Assembly: GCA_040005235.1 (NCBI GenBank)
Contig: JBDTZG010000047.1
Location: 1-41,915 of the forward strand
DNA length: 41,915 nt
Direction: 5' to 3'
DNA from: Acidobacteriota bacterium
GTDB lineage: Bacteria; Acidobacteriota; Thermoanaerobaculia; Multivoradales; UBA5704
Position numbers and translations under genes: made by a program. Shown here piece by piece: positions 19,320 to 26,779 of this stretch (positions are counted from its first letter, which is position 1; each line of letters begins with the position of its first letter). The notes under the pieces are model-generated. The model had not been told where the DNA came from. It made no database searches and saw only the letters and a list, made by a program, of their open reading frames with translations.

Positions 19320-19865
19320 TTACGACTTCTTCGCGCGGGGAGCAGCTGCCCGGCTCTTGGCCGTCGGGGCCTTCTTCGCTTTCGGAGCGGTGCTCTTCGC
19401 GGCGACCTCGGCGATAGGTTCCGCCCGCTCCGGCTTCGGCGCGCTGCCGAGGGCGGCGAGCGCTTCGGTCATCGCGGCCCGGACGTGGCGTTCGAGGTCG
19501 GCGGGATCGATCAGCAGCGGCGCGGGCGGGGCAGCGATTGGCGGCACCGGAACGCCGGCTTCGTCGAGCGCGTCGATGTAGCGGTTGAGCACCGGACCTT
19601 CGGCGATGCCGCGGTCGCCCGGCTTGGGAAACAGGGTACGAAAGAATTCGCCGGGGGGAATGTGGATTGCTTCGAGCACGCGCAGGATGTGCTCGTAACG
19701 CATCGCGACGCGGCCGGTCAGCAGCTGGCTGGTTTGGCCGCGGCAGTTGTCGAGCAGCTCGTCGATCTCCTGCCGCGACTTGTTGGAGAGGTGGATCAGC
19801 GCGGCGAGCAGCTTGCGGGCGCGGTGAATTTCTCCTTCGCTCATGGTGGTCGGAGCATACTCCAT
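19320..19865 (-). CDS. Putative XRE-like helix-turn-helix regulator with Lys/Ala/Pro-rich tail
   Basis: SRQEIDELL-NCRGQTSQLLTGRVAMRYEHILRVLEAIHIPPGEFF fits an XRE-type HTH pattern; tail KSTAPKAKKAPTAKSRAAAPRAKKS. Confidence 0.7.
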   Translation of the reverse strand: MEYAPTTMSEGEIHRARKLLAALIHLSNKSRQEIDELLDNCRGQTSQLLTGRVAMRYEHILRVLEAIHIPPGEFFRTLFPKPGDRGIAEGPVLNRYIDALDEAGVPVPPIAAPPAPLLIDPADLERHVRAAMTEALAALGSAPKPERAEPIAEVAAKSTAPKAKKAPTAKSRAAAPRAKKS

Positions 19866-19920
19866 CGGTTGAATCCTGGCGTTTCCTCACGGACCGTGAA
19901 TTGAATCTACGATTCGACGT

Positions 19921-19957
19921 TCGGGCCAGAGGCGACGCCCCGTCGCCTCTGGCCCGA
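19921..19957. terminator. Perfect 17-bp stem-loop downstream of the 20373-19969 gene
   Basis: TCGGGCCAGAGGCGACG-CCC-CGTCGCCTCTGGCCCGA. No U-tract on the minus strand, so it may be a stability or processing element. Confidence 0.65.
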
Positions 19958-19968
19958 TCTGCAAAAGG

Positions 19969-20373
19969 TTAGGCTTCGGGGGCGGCGCCCTCCTTTGCAG
20001 CCGCCTTGGTGACCGCCGCCTTCGCGCCGTCGCGGACGCGGTTGGCCGCCTTCTTCTTGGTCCGTGCCTGCGGCCGGATGCCGAACTGGATCAGCTTCTC
20101 GTTGTCGAAGCCGAAGTGAGCCTGAAGAATCGCCCCCAGCTCACGGCGGATTCGGGCACCTTCGGCGGTCAGCTCGCGACGCTGCGCCGTCGTTTCCCGC
20201 AATCGACCGAGCAGCTGTTCCTCCTCGTCGTCCAACTGCTTGGCGCGCACGAGGAGGCCGTCCAACGCCGTATGTTTGTCTCTGCCCTGCGGCACTTCTT
20301 CCAGCACGGGGGTGAGGTTTGCGACCAGAAGCTCCATGCGGCGGATGTTCTCGGCGAACGTGGCGGTGGTCAT
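19969..20373 (-). CDS. Hypothetical coiled-coil protein with basic C-terminal tail
   Basis: GGAGG RBS; long amphipathic helices; FGFDNEKLIQFGIRP followed by RTKKKAANR. Confidence 0.82.
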   Translation of the reverse strand: MTTATFAENIRRMELLVANLTPVLEEVPQGRDKHTALDGLLVRAKQLDDEEEQLLGRLRETTAQRRELTAEGARIRRELGAILQAHFGFDNEKLIQFGIRPQARTKKKAANRVRDGAKAAVTKAAAKEGAAPEA

Positions 20374-20825
20374 TCTTTACAGCCTCCAGGGGAGCAGCCG
20401 ACCGGTTCGTTCCGGTCGAGCGGGTGGTGGGGATAGAGGGGAAATGTCTTGCGGAGCTTTCCCGCGACGTTCGGGTGGCTTCCCCGCCGCTCGAGGAACG
20501 CGCCCGAGCCGTCGGGGAAGGTTCCCGACAGGGCCGGGAAGCTTCCCGAACACTTGGGGAGGCCTCCCGAGTCGTCGGGGAAGCCGCCCGAGCGGTTGGG
20601 GAGGCCGCCCGAGCCGCTGGGGAGGCCGCCCGAGCCGCTGGGGAAGGTTCCCGAGCCGTCGGGGAGGCCGCCCCAAGCGTTCGGGAAGGCTCCCCCGGCG
20701 ACGGGGAAGCTTCCCCGCGCGTTCGGGCAGCCGCCCGAGGCATTCGGGTGCCATCCCGAGGTGCCCGGGTGGCTTCCCCAGGCGTTCGGGCGGGCTTTCG
20801 AGGCGCCGGACGCACGAGACTTCAC
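20370..20825 (-). CDS. Putative Pro/Gly heptad-repeat protein (P-x-x-S-G-x-F/L) encoded by the 21-bp array
   Basis: GTG overlaps the upstream TGA (GTGA) and its TGA overlaps the downstream ATG (ATGA). Pro occurs in 15/16 and Gly in 16/16 units, with synonymous variation (CCC/CCG, GGA/GGC). Confidence 0.55.
   Translation of the reverse strand: MKSRASGASKARPNAWGSHPGTSGWHPNASGGCPNARGSFPVAGGAFPNAWGGLPDGSGTFPSGSGGLPSGSGGLPNRSGGFPDDSGGLPKCSGSFPALSGTFPDGSGAFLERRGSHPNVAGKLRKTFPLYPHHPLDRNEPVGCSPGGCKE
20461..20796. repeat. Degenerate tandem array of 16 x 21 bp
   Basis: Units such as CCCGAGCCGTCGGGGAAGGTT and CCCGAGCCGCTGGGGAGGCCG. CCC at unit positions 1-3 and GGG at 13-15 are nearly invariant; no indels and no spacers. 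Confidence 0.95.
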
Positions 20826-21505
20826 TCTCGGGTGCCCTCCCCATCGTCTTCTTCGGGGAACTGCTCGATCGTCGGGATCTCGGCGGCGGGCAACTCCGGG
20901 ATCGGCCGCTCGGACCGATCGAAGCGGGTGGCGACGGTGGTGCCGGTTCGGACCATGTGGCCGTACTCGGCGAGCGCGGCGGTCAGACCGGGGCTCGCGC
21001 CAGCCGTTTGGATCGCACGGATCAACATTCCAAGCGCTGCGCGCAGGCCCACAGGTAGATCGGAAAGTAGGCGGATCTCGGCGCGCCGTGCGATCTCGGC
21101 CAGCGTCGCGTCGTCGCGGCCTAGCGCCGCCAGGGCGGCCCGTTCCAGGCCGACCGCCGCGGCGTCGATAGGAGATCCTGCCCGCACGAACGACCGCTCG
21201 GCTTGGTCGAGCCGCTCGTCGGCCGTCGCGACGTCTCCCATGACATAGGCGGAACGCGCCGCGGTAAGCGTAGTCTCGCCCGCCACCCAGTCGGCAAACC
21301 CGACCGCACCGGCCGCCGGCCGTCGAATCCGGTCGAGGCGGTCTCCGAGCTCGAGGTCGAGCGATCGATCGAGAGGGAGGACCAGCTCGTCGTCTTCGCG
21401 CGCCTTCTCTACTCGTTCCAGGCCGACCGGAGAATCCGGCGCGGGAAGGCGTTCGTTACCAGGATCGTGGCCAGGGCAATTTTGGTCAACGTATCGTTGA
21501 TTCAT
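20822..21505 (-). CDS. Hypothetical helical protein resembling the C-terminal part of the 22124-23452 protein
   Basis: ATG 21505 (start uncertain). ERSFVRAGSPIDAAAVGLERAAL aligns by eye with RRRFAARNLPFHVALVTLDYGAL; acidic tail. Confidence 0.65.
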   Translation of the reverse strand: MNQRYVDQNCPGHDPGNERLPAPDSPVGLERVEKAREDDELVLPLDRSLDLELGDRLDRIRRPAAGAVGFADWVAGETTLTAARSAYVMGDVATADERLDQAERSFVRAGSPIDAAAVGLERAALAALGRDDATLAEIARRAEIRLLSDLPVGLRAALGMLIRAIQTAGASPGLTAALAEYGHMVRTGTTVATRFDRSERPIPELPAAEIPTIEQFPEEDDGEGTRE

Positions 21506-21755
21506 GTGACAGAGGCTAGATGCCGGATCTTGCCCTGTCAAGCCTTTTCTCTACCGATCGTTGATTATGGGGAGGAAGCGTCGAGTAGCGAATGGAGCCG
21601 TGCGGATCACGCCTCCTCGGAAGCGGGCATCTCCCGCGCGACGCGGGCCAACTCCTGCGATGCTTCGCCTCAGCTGGCAACGCCCGAGCGTTGCCCCCGC
21701 GGGCGCGGGGGCCATCCCGGCACCCGCTCGACCCGCGGCACCGGAGGAAGAACCT

Positions 21756-22016
21756 ATGTCTCGCGCCGTCGGTCGCTGCCTAGTTTTCGCCGCCGTTTTG
21801 CTGCTCGCCCCGCCCCTCGCCGCCTCGGCCCGCCCGATTGAGGGGACGCCTGCGCCGAGGTTCCAGCTGGAGCAGGTCTGGACCCGCGTTCTGGAGTGGT
21901 TCGGTACGGTTGTTCCAAAAGCTGTCTGGGGGGAGCAGGGGACGGATGTCGATCCCTACGGTCGGCCGGTTCCTGTGCCCTTGCAAACGGACGGAGGATC
22001 GGCACCACTCTTGTGA
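21756..22016 (+). CDS. 86-aa secreted peptide (putative signalling or RiPP-like precursor)
   Basis: GGAGGAAG RBS; Sec signal MSRAVGRCLVFAAVLLLAPPLAASA; amphipathic LEQVWTRVLEWF; WGEQGTDVDPYG. Confidence 0.8.
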   Translation: MSRAVGRCLVFAAVLLLAPPLAASARPIEGTPAPRFQLEQVWTRVLEWFGTVVPKAVWGEQGTDVDPYGRPVPVPLQTDGGSAPLL

Positions 22017-22027
22017 TTTTCCAGCTC

Positions 22028-22063
22028 GTGGAGCGCTGCGGTCCTTTTTCCTAGGCGCTCCAC
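22028..22063 (+). other. Stem-loop between the peptide gene and the TPR-type gene
   Basis: GTGGAGCGC (22028-22036) pairs with GCGCTCCAC (22055-22063). Confidence 0.45.
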
Positions 22064-22123
22064 AAGACGCTCTGTGAGATAATTAGGTTCGCTATCGATC
22101 CTTCTACTCTTTGAGGTTCCGGG

Positions 22124-23452
22124 ATGAGCGAGACACGTTGCCTCGTGCCGAGTAATTGGGAAGCGTTCCTGCTCGGAAGGCTGTCCATGGAGGAGAGCAA
22201 AGTGCTGGTACGGCACCTGCTGCGCGGATGTGCCGATTGTTCCGACCAGCTTGCTGCCTTAAGCGCCCCACTCTTTGGACATGCCGATCCGCGTCCGCTG
22301 AGCCCCGAAACCTACGATTTTCCGGTCGAGCTAGGAATTCGGGGTGCCCTCGATTCGAGCAAAGGGCTGCGCGCCGCCCGCCGGATTGCACAGTCGGAAG
22401 TGTGGACGATCGCCGAGCTGGGCGAGGTACCGGCAGCGGCGCCTGCGGAGATCGAAGGACCGGATCTTTGGTGGGAGCAGGCGGCCGCGTGGCTCGCCCT
22501 TGCACGGCATGAGCGCCACCAGGATCCGGAGACCGCCCTGATCGCGGCTGCAATCGCCGAGGCGTGTTCCGTAAAGCTCCCCGGACGGGACTATCCGCAG
22601 GGTTCGCTTGGCGACTTGCGCTCTGAGATCTGGGCGGAGATCGCCAATGCGAAGCGATTGCTCGGACAATTCGTAGAAGCAGAAGGTGCCTTCGGCTGCG
22701 CGCTCGAATGCTGGCGGGCTGGCAGCCTGTCTGTCAGGCTTCTCCTCCGCTTTGCGGACATGCTGGCCCGCACCAAGCTCGACAGCCGTCAGTTCGACGA
22801 CGCATCGCGAATTCTTTCGACCTTGGAGCTTTTCTATCTGGGGAAAGGCTGGTTTGCCGCCGCAGGCCAGATCAAGATGGCACTCGCAAGCGTCGCAGGC
22901 TACCGTGGCGATAACACCCGCGCCGTGGTGCTCCTGCTCGAAGCCCTACCCCTCCTTGCGACCGGCAGCGATCCAAAGGCGCCTCTTTTCGCACTGCACA
23001 ACATGATGGGCCGCATGGTGGACCTTGGTCGCTTCACCTTCGCCGAGGAGATGCTGCACACGCTTCGTCCCCACCTGGAGCCTCTTTTTGGCGAGACCGA
23101 CCGCTTAAAGCTCTCGTGGGTCGAAGGGAAGATCGCCGCGGGCCTTGAACGCTGGTCGCTCGCGGAGCATGCGTTCCGTTCTCTGCGCCGTCGCTTCGCA
23201 GCTCGGAACCTCCCGTTTCACGTCGCCCTGGTCACCCTCGACTATGGCGCGCTTCTCCTTCGCTTGGGCCGCACCCGCGAACTGCGTCCTTTGATCGACG
23301 AGATGATCGCCACCTTCCTCGGCCTCGGCATTCAGCGCGAAGCGCTCGCTTCGGTTCTGCTGCTGCAAAACGCCCTCGCCGCCGAGCGCGCCACACAGGC
23401 CCTACTCGAAGCCGCCGTCCGGGAGATCCAAGCGCTTGAAGGGCGGGGGTAG
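22124..23452 (+). CDS. TPR-like all-helical protein with N-terminal anti-sigma-type zinc-finger-like motif
   Basis: EAFLLGRLSMEESKVLVRHLLRGCADC (H-x4-C-x2-C); TPR-like helices WAEIANAKRLLGQFVEAEGAF, LHNMMGRMVDLGRFTFAEEML, WVEGKIAAGLERWSLAEHAF. No signal peptide. Confidence 0.8.
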   Translation: MSETRCLVPSNWEAFLLGRLSMEESKVLVRHLLRGCADCSDQLAALSAPLFGHADPRPLSPETYDFPVELGIRGALDSSKGLRAARRIAQSEVWTIAELGEVPAAAPAEIEGPDLWWEQAAAWLALARHERHQDPETALIAAAIAEACSVKLPGRDYPQGSLGDLRSEIWAEIANAKRLLGQFVEAEGAFGCALECWRAGSLSVRLLLRFADMLARTKLDSRQFDDASRILSTLELFYLGKGWFAAAGQIKMALASVAGYRGDNTRAVVLLLEALPLLATGSDPKAPLFALHNMMGRMVDLGRFTFAEEMLHTLRPHLEPLFGETDRLKLSWVEGKIAAGLERWSLAEHAFRSLRRRFAARNLPFHVALVTLDYGALLLRLGRTRELRPLIDEMIATFLGLGIQREALASVLLLQNALAAERATQALLEAAVREIQALEGRG

Positions 23453-23519
23453 GGGGAGGGGCGTCGATCGGGGAAGGCAACGTGGAGATGCTGCGCTTCC
23501 GCATCGGACCCGGAAAGAG

Positions 23520-23717
23520 CTAAGCCCTTCGGGCCCCCAACACCCGGGCGGGTAGGAAGAGAATCGCGCGGAGCAGCTCGAAGACCGCCTCCAGAGTGAC
23601 GCCCAGAATCCGGAACGGTATCGAAAGCAGCCAGACCAGGGGATAAAGCACCAACGCCAGCAGCGCGAGCGGCCAGCAGAGCAGGAAGAGGATTAACCAG
23701 GCCAGGAACGTCCACAT
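23520..23717 (-). CDS. 65-aa small hydrophobic membrane protein
   Basis: AGGAGG RBS; MWTFLAWLILFLLCWPLALLALVLYPLVWLLSIPFR. Confidence 0.78.
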   Translation of the reverse strand: MWTFLAWLILFLLCWPLALLALVLYPLVWLLSIPFRILGVTLEAVFELLRAILFLPARVLGARRA

Positions 23718-23780
23718 CGCAGAAGCCCTCCTGGGGCGGACTACGCCTGTGGAGGGCTGGAAGTTTCTTCCCAGACTGGA

Positions 23781-24137
23781 ATGGCCGCTCGGATGCGGCC
23801 AAAAACAAGCAAAGGGGGCAGACGGAATACGGGTCCGGCCGATCTGGAGCACGAAACCGCTGCGCAAATATCCGGCAAGCGCGGGATTTCGGCTTCGGGC
23901 GCTGGAGTGGGGACCTTATTACTCGGCGCTGATGCGCCAGCAGTCACCCTGTTCGACGAAGTTGCTCTGTCCAATGACATCAGCGCCGGGTGTGGCGGCG
24001 CACAGGCCACAGTACATGCTCCGTCGCCTCTGTCCGTCGAAACACGTCTCGCCACGCTAGAAAGCCTTCGGGGCAAAGGCCTGGCGACCGAGGACGAGTA
24101 AGCTCAGAAGCGGAAAGAACTCCTTGCCGAGATTTGA
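23781..24137 (+). pseudogene. Remnant of a SHOCT-domain gene with a premature stop
   Basis: VETRLATLESLRGKGLATEDE*AQKRKELLAEI*: TAA at 24099-24101 sits where the SHOCT pattern has Y/F. The 5' boundary is uncertain. Confidence 0.65.
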
Positions 24138-24149
24138 GTGTCGGCCAGC

Positions 24150-24749
24150 TCATTCCGCCAAGTCAACCCGTAGGTCGAAGCTCTGCGTAGAAGCATCGAC
24201 CCCAAGTACCGAAACAACAAATTCCTTCGAGCCGACCGCGACCTCGAACCGTCCTCCTGCTGTAAGCAGCGCGTGGTCTTCGGGCTCCTTCCCTTTCGCC
24301 TGAAGATGAAGCGTAGGGACAACCATGTCGCCAATCTGGGTGAAATCACCGGACACGGAGAAGTCGCCGTGCGAGAAGATTTTTTGCTCACCGTTCTTGA
24401 GGGAGAAGAGGACCCGGTCGGGGTAAACGTTGGAGGCGGGCTTCTCGGTGACGAGAGGAGGCCGAACGAGTGGGACGGGTGACCCACCCTCTGGAACCGA
24501 TGGAGGAACCGACTGGCCTACCATGCCGCCCGGGTCGTTTTCAGGCGCTAGAGACTTGGTGGAGTCAGGGACGGCGATTAGCCCAACTGGCTTCTCGGCG
24601 CTCGAGAGGGGAGAGTTCGGAGAGCGCGGATCGAGCCACTGGAAAAGGAGTATGGCAGTACCTACGATGGTCGCGATCGCCGAGTACCGAAAGAGTCGGC
24701 CCTGGCCGCTGTCTGAGTTGGACGCGCTCATCTTTCGCCACTGCGTCAA
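24150..24749 (-). CDS. Hypothetical single-pass membrane protein with Pro-rich linker and beta-rich C-terminal domain
   Basis: TM segment YSAIATIVGTAILLFQWL. TTG start overlaps the upstream stop; an alternative ATG lies 6 codons later. Confidence 0.65.
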   Translation of the reverse strand: MTQWRKMSASNSDSGQGRLFRYSAIATIVGTAILLFQWLDPRSPNSPLSSAEKPVGLIAVPDSTKSLAPENDPGGMVGQSVPPSVPEGGSPVPLVRPPLVTEKPASNVYPDRVLFSLKNGEQKIFSHGDFSVSGDFTQIGDMVVPTLHLQAKGKEPEDHALLTAGGRFEVAVGSKEFVVSVLGVDASTQSFDLRVDLAE

Positions 24750-25774
24750 CGAATTTGGATCGGGACGTTCCGAAATCGAACGCTAAAGTTTTCATTAGGC
24801 GAATATGCGATAACCTCGATAAGAGATGCTATTGCTGCGGGTGTGGCTTGGCTGGCGGTAGGATTTTGGCCTCCCCATCGCGACCCTGCTTCGGGGGCGG
24901 AGAACGTAACGCTGCTCACCACTGGAACTCCTGCTACGAGAGTTGACAGTGCCTCAAATATACCTCCATTGACTCCTAGACTGATTTTTGACGCCTTAAA
25001 CTCATTGCCATTGGTATCTATAAGCCGTGAAGGAGAATGGGTTCGAAGTGCGCCGGAACCGCCTGCAAACAGCCTTAAGGACCGATCGGTCTGAGAGCTG
25101 GTGATCTGGAGATTGCATTCGACCGAAGTTCCCGTGGCTGAACAACTCTTGAGTTCAAAAGTGAAGCCGTTCGCCGCCTCGAGAAACCTACTCTTCTTGG
25201 ATGCTGTATCTTGCGTTTTTTGCGCCGATCCCTGATCGGGGTTGTCTTCAACCGGCTTGGCCGTCGCCATGATCTTGTTCACGTCCGCATCCTTGGCGAT
25301 CTTTACTCCGGCGGCACCCCGGACCTCGCCGGTCAAGCCGTCGATGATGCGGCAATTGACGCCGACATAGGTCGAGAGCTCGGTGATCGTCCCGGTAAGG
25401 ATGGCGTCCGCGCCGAGGAACTTGCCGACCTTCTTGGCGCTCTCCGCGTCGACCAATCCCGAACGGTCGAGCTTCAGCTCGGCGAGAATCCGATCGAGTT
25501 GGGACCGCTCGACGACCTGAAACGAACCTGCTTGGACCAAGGATGTCGTCAGTTCCTCGGAAAGGTACGCTCCGAGAAGGGTCGGCTGACCGGAAAGCTC
25601 GCGGAGGGGAACGATAGCGAGACGCTGCTTCTTCTCTTTCGTGACCGTTGCCGTGACTTGGTCGGATAGATCGCGGATACCGTCGGCGAGCAGCTTCTGG
25701 GCGCTAAGAGGGGCGGTGGATAGGACAACGAGGATTCCAAACAAGATCAGGCTTCGTCGAGAAGTCCGAACCAT
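24746..25774 (-). CDS. Secreted FlgO/CsgG-like domain protein with C-terminal Ig-like domain
   Basis: GGAG RBS, signal peptide; LGAYLSEELTTSL, FQVVERSQLDRILAELKL, AKKVGKFLGADAILTGTI, VNCRIID. Confidence 0.82.
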   Translation of the reverse strand: MVRTSRRSLILFGILVVLSTAPLSAQKLLADGIRDLSDQVTATVTKEKKQRLAIVPLRELSGQPTLLGAYLSEELTTSLVQAGSFQVVERSQLDRILAELKLDRSGLVDAESAKKVGKFLGADAILTGTITELSTYVGVNCRIIDGLTGEVRGAAGVKIAKDADVNKIMATAKPVEDNPDQGSAQKTQDTASKKSRFLEAANGFTFELKSCSATGTSVECNLQITSSQTDRSLRLFAGGSGALRTHSPSRLIDTNGNEFKASKISLGVNGGIFEALSTLVAGVPVVSSVTFSAPEAGSRWGGQNPTASQATPAAIASLIEVIAYSPNENFSVRFRNVPIQIR

Positions 25775-25870
25775 GGCGACTCCTTCTATTTCGAGATTGG
25801 ATTGATTAGGGCCTGGAGTGTATCAGCTTAAAGCGAAGAACTCCGGTGTTCGAAGCCACCCCCTTCCTGG

Positions 25871-25910
25871 CCTTCCCCCGGCGCCAACCCGCCCCCTCCC
25901 CGGGGGAAGG
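25871..25910. repeat. Short GC-rich extragenic palindrome
   Basis: CCTTCCCCCGG (25871-25881) pairs with CCGGGGGAAGG (25900-25910). Confidence 0.5.
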
Positions 25911-26022
25911 GACGCTCCGCCGAAGTGAAAGTGCCGAGCAAAGATGTTGCCCGTGAGGCGTTTCTCCTGGAATCGCCGGCGTCTCGTCGGTGTAGGCATC
26001 AAAGAGTGGCCAGAATGCCCCC

Positions 26023-26634
26023 CTACGTCAAGACCTTAGCCACCGCCTCCGGGTGGAAATTCCAGCCCAGGAAGCCGGCCATGCCGAAGAACAGGCCGCT
26101 GAGCGCGAAGAAGAGGGCGAGATAGACGAGCCATTTCTTGCGGGTCAAGGCGCTCACGCCGAGCAGGGCGATTGCGATGCTGAGAGCGGCTTCGGAAATG
26201 TCGAACTGGTCGTCGTGGACGCCGAGGCGGTCGTATTCGGCCTCCGCGGCTTCGGCTTGGGCTTTGATTTCGTCCTTTTCAGAGCCGTATTTCTTCGCCT
26301 TGGCCGCGTAGGTCTCGATCTTCTGGTCGAGGAGGATCGCGACCGAGGGAGAGAGGTGGTCCCCGGAGGATTCCTTCTGGAAGGTGAGTTGGTCGAGAAC
26401 GCTCTCCGCGAGGTTCTGCTTCATGCTCTTGGCCTGATAGTACGACCAGGAATCGACGGCTTTCGCCTGCTGCTGCGCCATGGTCTGGCAGATGTTTCCG
26501 TCTTTGATGTTGCAGACCGCCATGAACGTCGCGATCAGGGCCACCATCAGGGCGATCACGGAGTTTAGGGAGAAGCCGGAGTCGTCTCCGGCGTTGTCTA
26601 CCGCTTCGGCGATCGTCTCGGACAGGTCGCTCAT
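26023..26634 (-). CDS. DUF4337 family membrane protein
   Basis: IATFMAVCNIKDGNI, DSWSYYQAKSMKQNL, coiled coil, HDDQFDISEA, two C-terminal TM segments. Confidence 0.85.
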   Translation of the reverse strand: MSDLSETIAEAVDNAGDDSGFSLNSVIALMVALIATFMAVCNIKDGNICQTMAQQQAKAVDSWSYYQAKSMKQNLAESVLDQLTFQKESSGDHLSPSVAILLDQKIETYAAKAKKYGSEKDEIKAQAEAAEAEYDRLGVHDDQFDISEAALSIAIALLGVSALTRKKWLVYLALFFALSGLFFGMAGFLGWNFHPEAVAKVLT

Positions 26635-26779
26635 CGGAAAAGATCCTTCCAGGCCGGGGTACCGGCGGTGATGCGCAATTTTTTAGGGGGAGGACGTGGC
26701 AAGGAAGGGTAAGGCAGAGCGAGAGGGAGGGCAAGCGGCGCTCCTGCAACCTCTGTCCCCTGCGGAAGAGCCCCGGTCG

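Noticed and set aside
20461-20796. CRISPR array
   Set aside because: Contiguous degenerate 21-mers with no unique spacers and no cas genes; the same applies to 41550-41861.
20141-21248. The other five open frames across array 1 (e.g. 20319-21248 +, 20449-21171 +, 20141-20815 -)
   Set aside because: They overlap neighbouring genes or lack start/stop coupling. The PEPSGK frame uses only CCC and GGG with no synonymous variation. Not formally excluded.
21756-23452. Classical RiPP biosynthetic cluster
   Set aside because: No radical SAM, YcaO, lanthipeptide, ATP-grasp or lasso enzymes, peptidase or exporter adjacent.
18411-25850. Prophage or integrative element
   Set aside because: No integrase, structural, replication or conjugation genes, and no flanking att repeats seen.
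26690-26745. Purine-rich low-complexity tract upstream of DUF4337
   Set aside because: Too short and irregular to support a repeat or RNA element.
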